This document shows, piece by piece, positions 9,286 to 17,494 of a DNA stretch of 64,000 nucleotides (position 1 is the stretch's first letter; each line of letters begins with the position of its first letter). The DNA lies in NCBI GenBank assembly GCA_963850315.1, contig CAWKKN010000007.1, positions 71,222-135,221 on the forward strand, in the 5' to 3' direction. The translations under genes were made by a program, and so were the position numbers. A model generated the notes under the pieces. The model saw only the letters and a list, made by a program, of their open reading frames with translations, had not been told where the DNA came from and did not search any database. Source of the stretch: an uncultured Actinomycetes bacterium (GTDB taxonomy: Bacteria; Actinomycetota; UBA4738; HRBIN12).

Positions 9286-9912
9286 ATGCACGATGTCCGG
9301 ATGCGGGACGAGATGACGCCGGACATCCCACGCCGTTCTCCTAGGTGGGCGGTCGGCTCCATCGCCACCGTGGTGGTCGTTTCCCTGCTCGCCTTGGCGA
9401 TCGTGGCCCTTCACCGGAAGGGGGATTCGGGTCCGTCCACGAACCCCGCAACCGGCCGCGCGACAGCCGTGCAGCTCCGCCCGGTCGGATCGATCGTGAC
9501 GCATGCGTCCCCCCACTACGCGCAGACGCAGGTGACGTGTGGTCCCCGGGACCCCTGCACGGCCGAGGAGTTGCTGCGGGCGCCGCGGATCGTGCTCGCG
9601 GACGCCGCGGGCTTGAAGTACCGGCTGGGTCCCGTCATCGTGACCGGCGACGACGTCGCGTCTGCCCGCGCATCCTCCGCCGGCGGAAGCTGGGGGGTGT
9701 CGATCCGGCTCACGCCGTCCGCCTCGAGGACGTTCGCCTTCGTGACGGCGCGGATGGCCGAGTACCTGCCGCCCAGGCAGATCGCCGAGATCGTCGACGG
9801 CCAGATCGTGTCCGCGCCGAGCGTGGAAGCTCCGGTCGCCGGGGGCGGCCTGCAGATCGTCGGCGACATCACCGAGGCACAGGCGAGGGCGCTCGCCGCC
9901 CGGCTCGGCTAG
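9286..9912 (+). CDS. Membrane-anchored protein with SecD periplasmic P1-like domain
   Basis: One TM helix (WAVGSIATVVVVSLLALAIVAL). The C-terminal region resembles the SecD P1 head (VTGDDVASA...AEYLPPRQIAEIVDGQIVSAPSVEAPVAGGGLQIVGDITEAQARALAARL). Start choice among 9283/9286/9301 is uncertain. Confidence 0.5.
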   Translation: MHDVRMRDEMTPDIPRRSPRWAVGSIATVVVVSLLALAIVALHRKGDSGPSTNPATGRATAVQLRPVGSIVTHASPHYAQTQVTCGPRDPCTAEELLRAPRIVLADAAGLKYRLGPVIVTGDDVASARASSAGGSWGVSIRLTPSASRTFAFVTARMAEYLPPRQIAEIVDGQIVSAPSVEAPVAGGGLQIVGDITEAQARALAARLG

Positions 9913-9938
9913 CGGCGTCTGCCCCGGGGCGCCGCGCG

Positions 9939-11174
9939 ATGGATACTTCCCGCGTGGACGAGGACGCGAGGCCGGCAGCGGTGGCGGCGATCCCGGCGCC
10001 GGATCTGGCCGGCGAGGACAACCGCTATCGGGCGCTCTGCCGGGTGGCCTACAACGTGGTGTGGGAGCCCCACCTCCTGCTGTTGGTGGTCTTCGCGTTG
10101 GTGGGGGAACCGTGGCTCGCCTTGCTCAATGCGTTCAGCGTCATCGTGCTCCTGGGCGCCCGGTCCCTGGATGCCCGCGGGAAGGAACGGGCCGCGTTCT
10201 GGATGGCGATCGGGGAGATCACGGTCCATGCCGTCGTGGCGACGGTGGTGTTGGGGATCGCGGCCGGTTCACAGTTCCAGCTGCTCTTCGTGACGCTGGT
10301 ATCGGTATACGTGCCGTTCCTGCCGCTGTGGGGCCGCATCGTCCTCAGCGTCGCCGCGGGAGCGCTCCTGCTCGCTCTCATCGTGGTGGTAGGGCTCGCG
10401 GGACCGAGGGACCCCGTCCCCGCCCATCTCACCTTGGCGTTCCTCCTGCTGAACGTCGGGATCTTGATCGGGGGGATGGCTGCGGTCCTGGTGCAGCTCA
10501 CCAGCGTGGTGCGCCGGGCGGAGGACGCGCTGGCCGACGCCTACCTGCAGTCCGAGTCGCTGTTGCTCAACGTCCTCCCCGCCTCCATCGCCGAGCGACT
10601 GAAGCGCCGGCCGGGGCTGGTCGCCGACCGGTATCCGGACGCAACGATCCTGTTCGCGGACATCGTCGACTTCACACCGATGAGCGCGCGCTTGACGCCG
10701 GACCGGCTGGTCATGCTCCTGGACGACGTCAATAGAGAGTTCGACGAGCTCATCGAAGCCTTCGGGCTGGAGAAGATCAAGACGATCGGCGACGCGTACA
10801 TGGTGGCGGGCGGCGTGCCGACCGCTCGGGACGATCACGCCGAGGCCGTCGCCGAGCTCGCCCTGGCGATGCAGCTGGCGATCGGGCATTTCCACGACGA
10901 CGAAGGGCGTCCGCTGAGGTTGCGCATCGGGATGGCCTCGGGACCGGTCGTCGCCGGCGTCATCGGGCATCGGAAGTTCTCCTACGACCTGTGGGGAGAC
11001 ACCGTGAACACCGCCGCCCGCATGGAGAGCCACGGCATCCCCGGTGCGATCCACGTGGCGCCCGAGACCTTCGAGCACCTCAAGGGGCACTATCCGTTCA
11101 CGCCGCGCGGGCCGGTGGAGATCAAAGGGAAGGGCCTGATGCAGACCTACCTGCTCGATGGCGGCCCGGGCTAG
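9939..11174 (+). CDS. Class III adenylate/guanylate cyclase with N-terminal 6-TM membrane domain
   Basis: N-terminal hydrophobic helices, then the cyclase core (ILFADIVDFTPMS...KIKTIGDAYMVAGG...GPVVAGVIGHRKFSYDLWGDTVNTAARMES). Confidence 0.85.
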   Translation: MDTSRVDEDARPAAVAAIPAPDLAGEDNRYRALCRVAYNVVWEPHLLLLVVFALVGEPWLALLNAFSVIVLLGARSLDARGKERAAFWMAIGEITVHAVVATVVLGIAAGSQFQLLFVTLVSVYVPFLPLWGRIVLSVAAGALLLALIVVVGLAGPRDPVPAHLTLAFLLLNVGILIGGMAAVLVQLTSVVRRAEDALADAYLQSESLLLNVLPASIAERLKRRPGLVADRYPDATILFADIVDFTPMSARLTPDRLVMLLDDVNREFDELIEAFGLEKIKTIGDAYMVAGGVPTARDDHAEAVAELALAMQLAIGHFHDDEGRPLRLRIGMASGPVVAGVIGHRKFSYDLWGDTVNTAARMESHGIPGAIHVAPETFEHLKGHYPFTPRGPVEIKGKGLMQTYLLDGGPG

Positions 11175-11435
11175 GCCGAACACCCGCCGCTCCGTGCGCT
11201 CACTCAGATCATCGCGAGCATGTCGCGACCGCCCGTGCTGAAGAAACGAACCAGCAGCGCCGCGGCAACGATGAGGAAGGCGATGTTGAGGGCCCCACGT
11301 CATCGCGAAGGCGAGGCGCACCCCGTGGCCGATGGGTTCCAACCGCGACCTCACCCTAGCGAACTGATGGACGGCGGGAACCCAGGCATCGCGTTCTTGC
11401 GTCCAAGCAGCCAACAGAGCCGAAGGAGCAGAACG

Positions 11436-11972
11436 ATGAAGCGAACTCAGCGCGTTCCGGTACGGCTGCTTGCGGTGATCGCCGCCGCGCTGGGGATCCT
11501 CGCTTTCGGGGGTTGGTTGAGCGCGAACGCGGGAGCTCCCGGTGCGGCCGGGTCGACCTCCTCCTTGACGTGGTGCTGCGGCGGCGGGTCGGCTCCCGGG
11601 ATCACGGTGACGGGTCAGGCCACGGTGCACGGACGGGGCACGTCTGCGCGCGACGACGCGATCGCCCGCGCGGTCGCCGACGCCACGGATCAGGCGAACG
11701 CGGCCGCTCACGCCGCCGGCATCACGCTCGGCACGATCGTGGACATGCAGGTCTCCGCGCCACCGTACCCGTACGCGGTCCCCGAACCGGCGCTCCGCGC
11801 CAGCGCGAGGATCCCACCGACCGCTCCCGTGCCGGGATCGGCCTCGGGAGGGTCGTCGGGGTCGGGAACGTCGGCGAGCGCGTGCCCGATGTCGGGACCC
11901 TGCGTGCCCGTGGGCGTGGCGCTGCCCTTCGAGGCCTACGCGAGCGTCACGATCACCTGGTCGATCGCCTGA
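11436..11972 (+). CDS. SIMPL (DUF541) domain secreted protein
   Basis: ATG 11436 preceded by GAAGGAG. Signal peptide MKRTQRVPVRLLAVIAAALGILAFGG. The body reads ITVTGQATVHGRGTSARDDAIARAVADATDQANAAAHAAGITLGTIVDMQ...SVTITWSI, which is SIMPL-like. Confidence 0.65.
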   Translation: MKRTQRVPVRLLAVIAAALGILAFGGWLSANAGAPGAAGSTSSLTWCCGGGSAPGITVTGQATVHGRGTSARDDAIARAVADATDQANAAAHAAGITLGTIVDMQVSAPPYPYAVPEPALRASARIPPTAPVPGSASGGSSGSGTSASACPMSGPCVPVGVALPFEAYASVTITWSIA

Positions 11973-12003
11973 GCTGAGCGAGCATCCGCCATACTCGTCG
12001 GCG

Positions 12004-13347
12004 ATGGCCGCCGATGCGCTCCGCTCGACCGTCGCTGGTCTGATGCCTGAGATCCTCGCGGACCTCCAGACGATGGTGGAGATCCCTTCGATCGCCTTCC
12101 CCGGCTACCCCGAGGAGCCCGTCCGGCGCATGGCTTCCACGGCCGTGGAGTTGCTCCGCGCCGCCGGGTTCACGAACGCCGCCGCCCAGGACGTGCCGGA
12201 GGGCTACCCACCGATCTTCGCGGAGGTGGCCGGACCCCCGGGATCGTCAACCGTCATGCTCTACGCGCACTACGACGTGCAGCCCGCGCCACCGGAACAG
12301 AGATGGGCCTCGGATCCCTGGACCGCCGTGCGCAAGGAGGACGGGCGGATCTACGGCCGCGGCGCGGCCGACGACAAGAGCGGTCTCGCCATCCACATCG
12401 GCACGATGAAGGCGTTCCGCGGGACGCCCCCCTGCACGGTGAAGCTCATCGTCGAAGGCATGGAGGAGACGAGCAGCAACCTCGAGGCCTTCGTGCGGGC
12501 GCATCCCGAGATGTTCGGATGCGACGTCTTCGTCATCGCCGACATGGGCAACCTCGAGGCGGGCGCACCGGTGCTCACGACGACGTTGCGCGGCGAGGTC
12601 GCCTGCACCGTCAGGCTGAGAACGTTGGAGCACCCGCTGCACTCCGGCACGTTCGGGGGTCCCGTGCCGGACGCGCTCATGGCACTCGCCCGCCTGCTCA
12701 CCACGCTCCAGGACGACGCGGGAGATGTCGCGATCGAGGGCGTCACGGTCTTCGAGCGCGACGGCGCCGTGTTCTCCGAGGACGCCCTGCGTGCGGGCGC
12801 GGACCTGCTGCAGGGGGTGGAGCTCGTCGGCAGCGGACCGGTGGGAGCGCGGTTGTGGTCGCGGCCGAGCATCAGCGCGATCGGCATCGACGCCCCCTCG
12901 ATCGCCGGATCGTCGAACGCCCTGCTGCCCGAGGCCGAGGCGAGGGTCTCGATGCGGATCGCCCCCGGCTCGGACCCGGAGCGGGAGCTCGACGCCCTGG
13001 TGCGCCACCTCGAGTCCCACGCACCCTGGGGAGCGCAGGTCGAGGTGACGAGGGTGCGGGCCTCTCCTGCGTTCGTATGCGCGAGGGGCGGCCCCGGCCA
13101 CGCCACCGCTCGACAGGCCCTCGCCGATGCCTACGACCGCGACGCCGGCGAGGCCGGCTCGGGGGGCACGATCCCGCTGCTGCAGACGCTCCAGGCGGTC
13201 GCTCCGGGAGCTGAGTTCGTCCTGTGGGGAGCCGAGGATCTGGCACGCTCGCGCATCCACGCTTCCGACGAGAGCGTCGACCCCGACGAGATCGAGCGGC
13301 TGATCCTGGCGCAATGCCTCCTGCTGGAGTACGTCGCGGGCTCCTGA
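12004..13347 (+). CDS. M20-family peptidase (dipeptidase/ArgE/DapE-like)
   Basis: 447 aa. Motifs YAHYDVQP, GRGAADDKSG, IVEGMEETSS and a C-terminal dimerisation region, typical of M20. Confidence 0.85.
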   Translation: MAADALRSTVAGLMPEILADLQTMVEIPSIAFPGYPEEPVRRMASTAVELLRAAGFTNAAAQDVPEGYPPIFAEVAGPPGSSTVMLYAHYDVQPAPPEQRWASDPWTAVRKEDGRIYGRGAADDKSGLAIHIGTMKAFRGTPPCTVKLIVEGMEETSSNLEAFVRAHPEMFGCDVFVIADMGNLEAGAPVLTTTLRGEVACTVRLRTLEHPLHSGTFGGPVPDALMALARLLTTLQDDAGDVAIEGVTVFERDGAVFSEDALRAGADLLQGVELVGSGPVGARLWSRPSISAIGIDAPSIAGSSNALLPEAEARVSMRIAPGSDPERELDALVRHLESHAPWGAQVEVTRVRASPAFVCARGGPGHATARQALADAYDRDAGEAGSGGTIPLLQTLQAVAPGAEFVLWGAEDLARSRIHASDESVDPDEIERLILAQCLLLEYVAGS

Positions 13348-13517
13348 AAACGTTCGGAACCGGACGCCATCGAAGGGGGGGTTTCGTCCTTGCCTTGACG
13401 AATCCTTCAGCGGAGTGCCACCTTCGGGTCATCGAGGACGAGGTGGCGAGGATCCTCCCCGGCGTCGAGCGCGGGCGGTAGACCGAGTCCTCTCCCCATC
13501 GGCACTACCCTTGATCG

Positions 13518-13706
13518 ATGCGATCGCTGCGCCTGATCATCGGGGTGGTACTCATCATCGTCGGCGGCGTGTGGATCCTGCAGGGCGCCGGCTGGCTCAA
13601 GGGAAGCTTCATGACCGGCCAATCGCGCTGGCTGATCATCGGCATCGTCTGCGCTGTGCTCGGCCTAGGTCTCCTGCTGACGACGCTGCGCCCCACCCGA
13701 CCCTGA
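13518..13706 (+). CDS. Small two-TM membrane protein
   Basis: 62 aa, two hydrophobic helices, followed by an interrupted GC hairpin at 13710-13735 (possible terminator). Confidence 0.4.
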   Translation: MRSLRLIIGVVLIIVGGVWILQGAGWLKGSFMTGQSRWLIIGIVCAVLGLGLLLTTLRPTRP

Positions 13707-13709
13707 TCC

Positions 13710-13735
13710 CCCGCGAAAAGCTTCTCGTTTGCGGG
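13710..13735 (+). terminator. Possible intrinsic terminator hairpin after small membrane protein gene
   Basis: cccgcGaaa-agcttctcg-tttgcggg: an 8-bp interrupted stem directly after the stop at 13704-13706. No U-tract, as is common in high-GC actinobacteria. Confidence 0.2.
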
Positions 13736-13814
13736 TATCAACGTTGCTCAAGTTCGCGCCGATGCTTGCTGTGGGGAAGAGGTGTGACTCATCGCACGTG
13801 AGGACGGACGAGAG

Positions 13815-14252
13815 ATGACACGGGTGCTCGTGATCGACGACGAACCCGACGTGCTGCTGCTCTGCCGGCTGAACCTGGAGCACGCCGGACACGAGGTGCT
13901 GCAGGCGCTGGGCGGGCAGGCGGGCCTGAGGCTGGCGCGCGAGCAGCACCCCGACGCCATCGTGCTGGACCTCATGATGCCCATGATGGACGGCCATGCC
14001 GTGTTGGCGGCGCTCCAGGAGGACGAACGCACGCGCGACGTCCCCGTCGTGGTGCTGACCGCCAAGGTCCGTCTGGAGGATCGCGTCCGCAGCTGGCGGG
14101 ACGGGGCGTCGGACTTCGTCACGAAACCCTTCCGACCGGAGATCCTGCTGGACACCCTGAACCGCGTCACCTCCATGAGCTCGGACGAGCGCGCCGCACG
14201 CCGCGTTCATGTACTTCGGGAGCTCGACTTGGGACGTGAGGTCGAGGTCTAG
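13815..14252 (+). CDS. Single-domain response regulator (REC only, CheY-like)
   Basis: 145 aa. VLVIDDEPDV...DAIVLDLMMPMMDG...VVVLTAK places the phospho-acceptor Asp and Lys at the expected positions. No output domain. Confidence 0.85.
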   Translation: MTRVLVIDDEPDVLLLCRLNLEHAGHEVLQALGGQAGLRLAREQHPDAIVLDLMMPMMDGHAVLAALQEDERTRDVPVVVLTAKVRLEDRVRSWRDGASDFVTKPFRPEILLDTLNRVTSMSSDERAARRVHVLRELDLGREVEV

Positions 14253-14779
14253 CCGCCGGACGTCGTGGCGTAGTCCGCGCCGAGGACCACGACGACCTGC
14301 ACGCTGTTGACCACTGAGCTCGCGAAGTCGGAGCCGAGCAGAGCGACCTTCGCTCCCTTGAAGAACGAGTCGGCGACCTGCTGCGCGTCCGCCTGGTTCT
14401 GTGCGGCCTTGGCGCCCCCCCGGTAGTAGATGGTGGTCTTCGCGATGCCCGGCACGGGCGAGTTGGCCGGCGCCTGGCCCGAGACGTAGCCGCCGGTCGT
14501 GAGCTGCTGGTCGGCCTGGGCCGCGAGTCCGGCGGAGTTCGTGCCGTTGAACACCGCCACCGTCACGTCTTTAGGTGGCTGCGGGCTCGGCAGCCCGGCG
14601 GTGGTTCCCCCGGCGCTGACCGTTGGGCTCGGCGAACGGTGATGATGATGATGCGGGGTGGCGCTGGGCGAAGGGCTTGCGGTGGCGACCCCGCCGCCCG
14701 AGAAGCCGTTCGCGAGGATCGCGATGCCCCCGGCGACGAGCGCGATGATGACGACGATCCGTCCGGTGCCCAGGTTCAC
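14249..14779 (-). CDS. LytR_C (LytR cell-envelope-related C-terminal) domain membrane-anchored protein
   Basis: N-terminal TM (IVVIIALVAGGIAIL), a Pro/Ser linker with HHHHH, and a C-terminal VTVAVFNGTNSAGLAAQ...VVVVLGADY typical of LytR_C. Confidence 0.7.
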   Translation of the reverse strand: MNLGTGRIVVIIALVAGGIAILANGFSGGGVATASPSPSATPHHHHHRSPSPTVSAGGTTAGLPSPQPPKDVTVAVFNGTNSAGLAAQADQQLTTGGYVSGQAPANSPVPGIAKTTIYYRGGAKAAQNQADAQQVADSFFKGAKVALLGSDFASSVVNSVQVVVVLGADYATTSGG

Positions 14780-14819
14780 GGCGCCATCCTAGCGCACGGT
14801 CGTGGGCGAACCCCCGGGC

Positions 14820-15149
14820 CTACAGGCGGACGCCGAGGGTTCCGGCCACGCGGCGACGCCGTCGTGCCTCGCGGACCCGGCGCAGCCGGCGCACGAGCAT
14901 CGGGTCGTAGACGAGGGCCTCGGGTCGTTCCATCAGACGGTTCAGCAGCTGGTGGTAACGCGCCGGCGAGAAGCCGAACCGCTCACGGATCGCTCGCGCC
15001 TTGGGCACGCCCAGGCGCCAGCTCTCCCGTTCGAAGTCCAGGATCTGGCGGTCTCGGTCGGACAGCGGCGCCGCCTCCGCCGACCGCTCGCGCGCCGCTA
15101 GTCCACCCATGAGCCGAGGCTCGCAGACGGAGGTGCCCGGTTCAAGCAC
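14820..15149 (-). CDS. DUF3263 domain protein
   Basis: LSDRDRQILDFERESWRLGVPKARAIRERFGFSPARYHQLLNRLMERPEALVYDPMLVRRLRRVRE matches the actinobacterial DUF3263 family. The true start may be the internal M at 15110. Confidence 0.7.
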   Translation of the reverse strand: MLEPGTSVCEPRLMGGLAARERSAEAAPLSDRDRQILDFERESWRLGVPKARAIRERFGFSPARYHQLLNRLMERPEALVYDPMLVRRLRRVREARRRRRVAGTLGVRL

Positions 15150-15210
15150 CCGCGGTGGCGGTCCGACACCTCAGGTAGGGACCCGTTGGGACCTGTGAGA
15201 GCATCGCCTC

Positions 15211-17415
15211 GTGAGGAGCAAGAATCCCTTGGTGACCGAAGAGGTGGCAGACCAGGATCCACCGATCGATCGGTTCCGCTCGGTCGCCCAGCTCAACATG
15301 CTCCACAGCCTCGCGGCGAAGCTGAACGCGCTCGGCGATGTGGAGGAGATCGGCGCGGCCATCACGGCCGAGCTCCGTACGATCATCGACTACCACAACT
15401 CCCGCGTGTACCTGCTCCAGCCCGACGGCAACACGCTTATGCCCGTGGCGTTCCGCGGGGAGCTCTTCAAGGACTACGAGCAGGAGACGCTGGAGGACCT
15501 CATCACGCCGATGGGCGAAGGGCTCACCGGACGCGTCGCCCAGACCGGACGCTCGCTGATGACTCCCAACGCGCAGGAGCTCGACTTCGCCATCCAGATC
15601 CCCGGCACCGACGACATCGTGGAGTCGATGTTGCTGGTCCCCATGAAGCTCGGCGACCAGGTCACGGGCGTGATCGTGCTGTCGAGCCTGGGCTACGGCA
15701 AGTTCGACGAGGAGGACCAACGACTGCTGGAGGTTCTCGCATCCCATGCCGCCGTGGCCTTCGAGAACGCGAAGCTCTTCCAGTCCGCGCGGGTGGCGGC
15801 CGAGACCTCCCGCGCCCTGCTGCGACTCTCGCAGGCGCTCACGGGCTCGCACACGATCGGCGACATCCTGCAGCAGGCCATCGAGGCGGTGCCGACGCTC
15901 GTGACGTGCTCGACCGTGGGGGCCTACGTGCGAGAGGCGGAGACCGGCCGGTTCAAGCTGGCCCGCATCCAGGAGGTCCTGCCCGGCGCGATGCGCTCGC
16001 GCGCGTCGATCGCCGACATGCCTTCGGAGGTGGCCGAGGAGCTGCGGATGACGGGATCGGAGCCCTACCTGGTTCCGGCCGAGGTGGCCGGCGGGATCCC
16101 CTCGGAGCTGTGGTTCGCGCACGAGCCCGGGGAGGTCCTGATCGCCCCCCTCTCGTGGGAGCCGGACGGCTTCGGAGCCCTCGCCCTCACCACGATGAGG
16201 GCCGGCACCGGCTTCGACGAGGGAGATCTGCGCCTGGCGCGCGGGATCGCGGACATCACGTCGTTGGCGATGGGGAACGCGCGCCGTCTCTCGGAGTTGG
16301 AGCGGTTCCATGAGCTCGTCGAAAGCCTGGACGCCGTGTTCTGGGAGGCCGATGCCCGCACGCTCACGCTCACGTACATCAGTGGCCGGGCGGACCAGCT
16401 GCTCGGCCACGGGGCAACGGGCTGGCCGGCCGAGGGCAAGCAGTGGGGCGATCACATCGCCTCGGACGACCGCCCGCAGGCATTGGCCTCCAGCCGCACC
16501 GCCATGGACGGCGAGGAGGACCACAGCCTGGAGTATCGTGTCGTGACGCCCGACGGCGAGGTGATCTGGATCCGCGACCTGATCCACGTGGTGCGCGGTG
16601 CGCAGGGGCCGCGCCAGCTGCGCGGCCTCATGGTGGACGTCACCGAGCGCAAGCGCGCGGAGCAGGCGCTGCAGCAGAGCGAACGCAAGTACTCGGAGGC
16701 CTTCCGGCGCGAACGGGAGGCATCGCAGCGCCTGCGCGCCCTCGACGAGATGAAGAACACCTTCCTGGAAGCGGTCTCCCACGACCTGCGCACCCCGCTC
16801 ACCTCGATCCTGGGCTCGGCGCTCACGCTGGAACAGGCCCAGCTCGACCTGCCGAAAGAGGACGCCCTCGACCTTCTGGGCCGCATCGCCGCCAACGCCC
16901 GCAAGCTCGAGCGCCTACTGTCGGACTTGCTGGACCTCGACCGGCTGCAGCGCGGGATCGTGTCACCGCAACGCCGGCCCACCGACCTGCAGGACCTGAT
17001 CCGCCGTGGCGTCGCCGAGACCGAGAACCACGGAGGCCACGTCATCGAGGTGGAGGTGGAGCCCGTCATCGTGTCGGTCGATGGCGCCAAGGTCGAACGC
17101 ATCTTCGAAAACCTGCTCTCGAATGCGATCCGCCACACGCCGCCCGACACGAGGATCTGGGTCCGGGGACAGCGAGCGGACGGGGGCGTCGTGCTGGCGG
17201 TGGAGGACGAAGGCCCGGGAGTGCCGCCCGAGCTGCACGAAGCCGTCTTCGAACCGTTCCGTCAGGCGCCGGGCTCGGCCGCGGAGCACTCGCCGGGCGT
17301 CGGCGTGGGGCTCTCGCTGGTCCTTCGCTTCGCCGAGCTCCACGGCGGCCGCGCGTGGCTGGAGGACCGCCCCGGCGGCGGCGCGTCGTTCAAGGTCTTC
17401 CTGCCCGGCGCGTAG
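15211..17415 (+). CDS. Sensor histidine kinase with tandem GAF domains and PAS domain (HisKA + HATPase_c)
   Basis: 734 aa. GAF signatures, a PAS region (TLTYISGRADQLLGH...EYRVVTPDGEVIWIRD), the H-box EMKNTFLEAVSHDLRTPLTSI and an ATPase domain. GTG start at 15211. Confidence 0.85.
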   Translation: MRSKNPLVTEEVADQDPPIDRFRSVAQLNMLHSLAAKLNALGDVEEIGAAITAELRTIIDYHNSRVYLLQPDGNTLMPVAFRGELFKDYEQETLEDLITPMGEGLTGRVAQTGRSLMTPNAQELDFAIQIPGTDDIVESMLLVPMKLGDQVTGVIVLSSLGYGKFDEEDQRLLEVLASHAAVAFENAKLFQSARVAAETSRALLRLSQALTGSHTIGDILQQAIEAVPTLVTCSTVGAYVREAETGRFKLARIQEVLPGAMRSRASIADMPSEVAEELRMTGSEPYLVPAEVAGGIPSELWFAHEPGEVLIAPLSWEPDGFGALALTTMRAGTGFDEGDLRLARGIADITSLAMGNARRLSELERFHELVESLDAVFWEADARTLTLTYISGRADQLLGHGATGWPAEGKQWGDHIASDDRPQALASSRTAMDGEEDHSLEYRVVTPDGEVIWIRDLIHVVRGAQGPRQLRGLMVDVTERKRAEQALQQSERKYSEAFRREREASQRLRALDEMKNTFLEAVSHDLRTPLTSILGSALTLEQAQLDLPKEDALDLLGRIAANARKLERLLSDLLDLDRLQRGIVSPQRRPTDLQDLIRRGVAETENHGGHVIEVEVEPVIVSVDGAKVERIFENLLSNAIRHTPPDTRIWVRGQRADGGVVLAVEDEGPGVPPELHEAVFEPFRQAPGSAAEHSPGVGVGLSLVLRFAELHGGRAWLEDRPGGGASFKVFLPGA

Positions 17416-17478
17416 CCGGGACGTCTTCCTGCCCGGCGCGTAGCCGGGACGTCTTCCTGCCCGGCGCGTAGCCGGGAC
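17395..17478 (+). repeat. Three perfect tandem copies of a 28-bp unit gtcttcctgcccggcgcgtagccgggac, each containing a hairpin (cccggc-gcgta-gccggg)
   Basis: Copy 1 is 17395-17422 and overlaps the kinase stop codon TAG at 17413-17415. Copy 2 is 17423-17450 and copy 3 is 17451-17478. The P450 start GTG follows at 17495. Confidence 0.9.
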
Positions 17479-17494
17479 GCGCTACCGTAGCGAA

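Noticed and set aside
10269-13314. Minus-strand ORFs 10269-11711 and 12247-13314
   Set aside because: Antisense to the adenylate cyclase and the M20 peptidase genes. Low-complexity Arg/Pro/Gly-rich translations.
15142-16782. 546-aa minus-strand ORF opposite the GAF-PAS kinase
   Set aside because: Antisense artefact. No motifs. Overlaps a strongly supported gene.
17395-17478. CRISPR array
   Set aside because: Three identical 28-bp units with no spacers between them, which is a tandem repeat and not a repeat-spacer array. No cas genes in the window.
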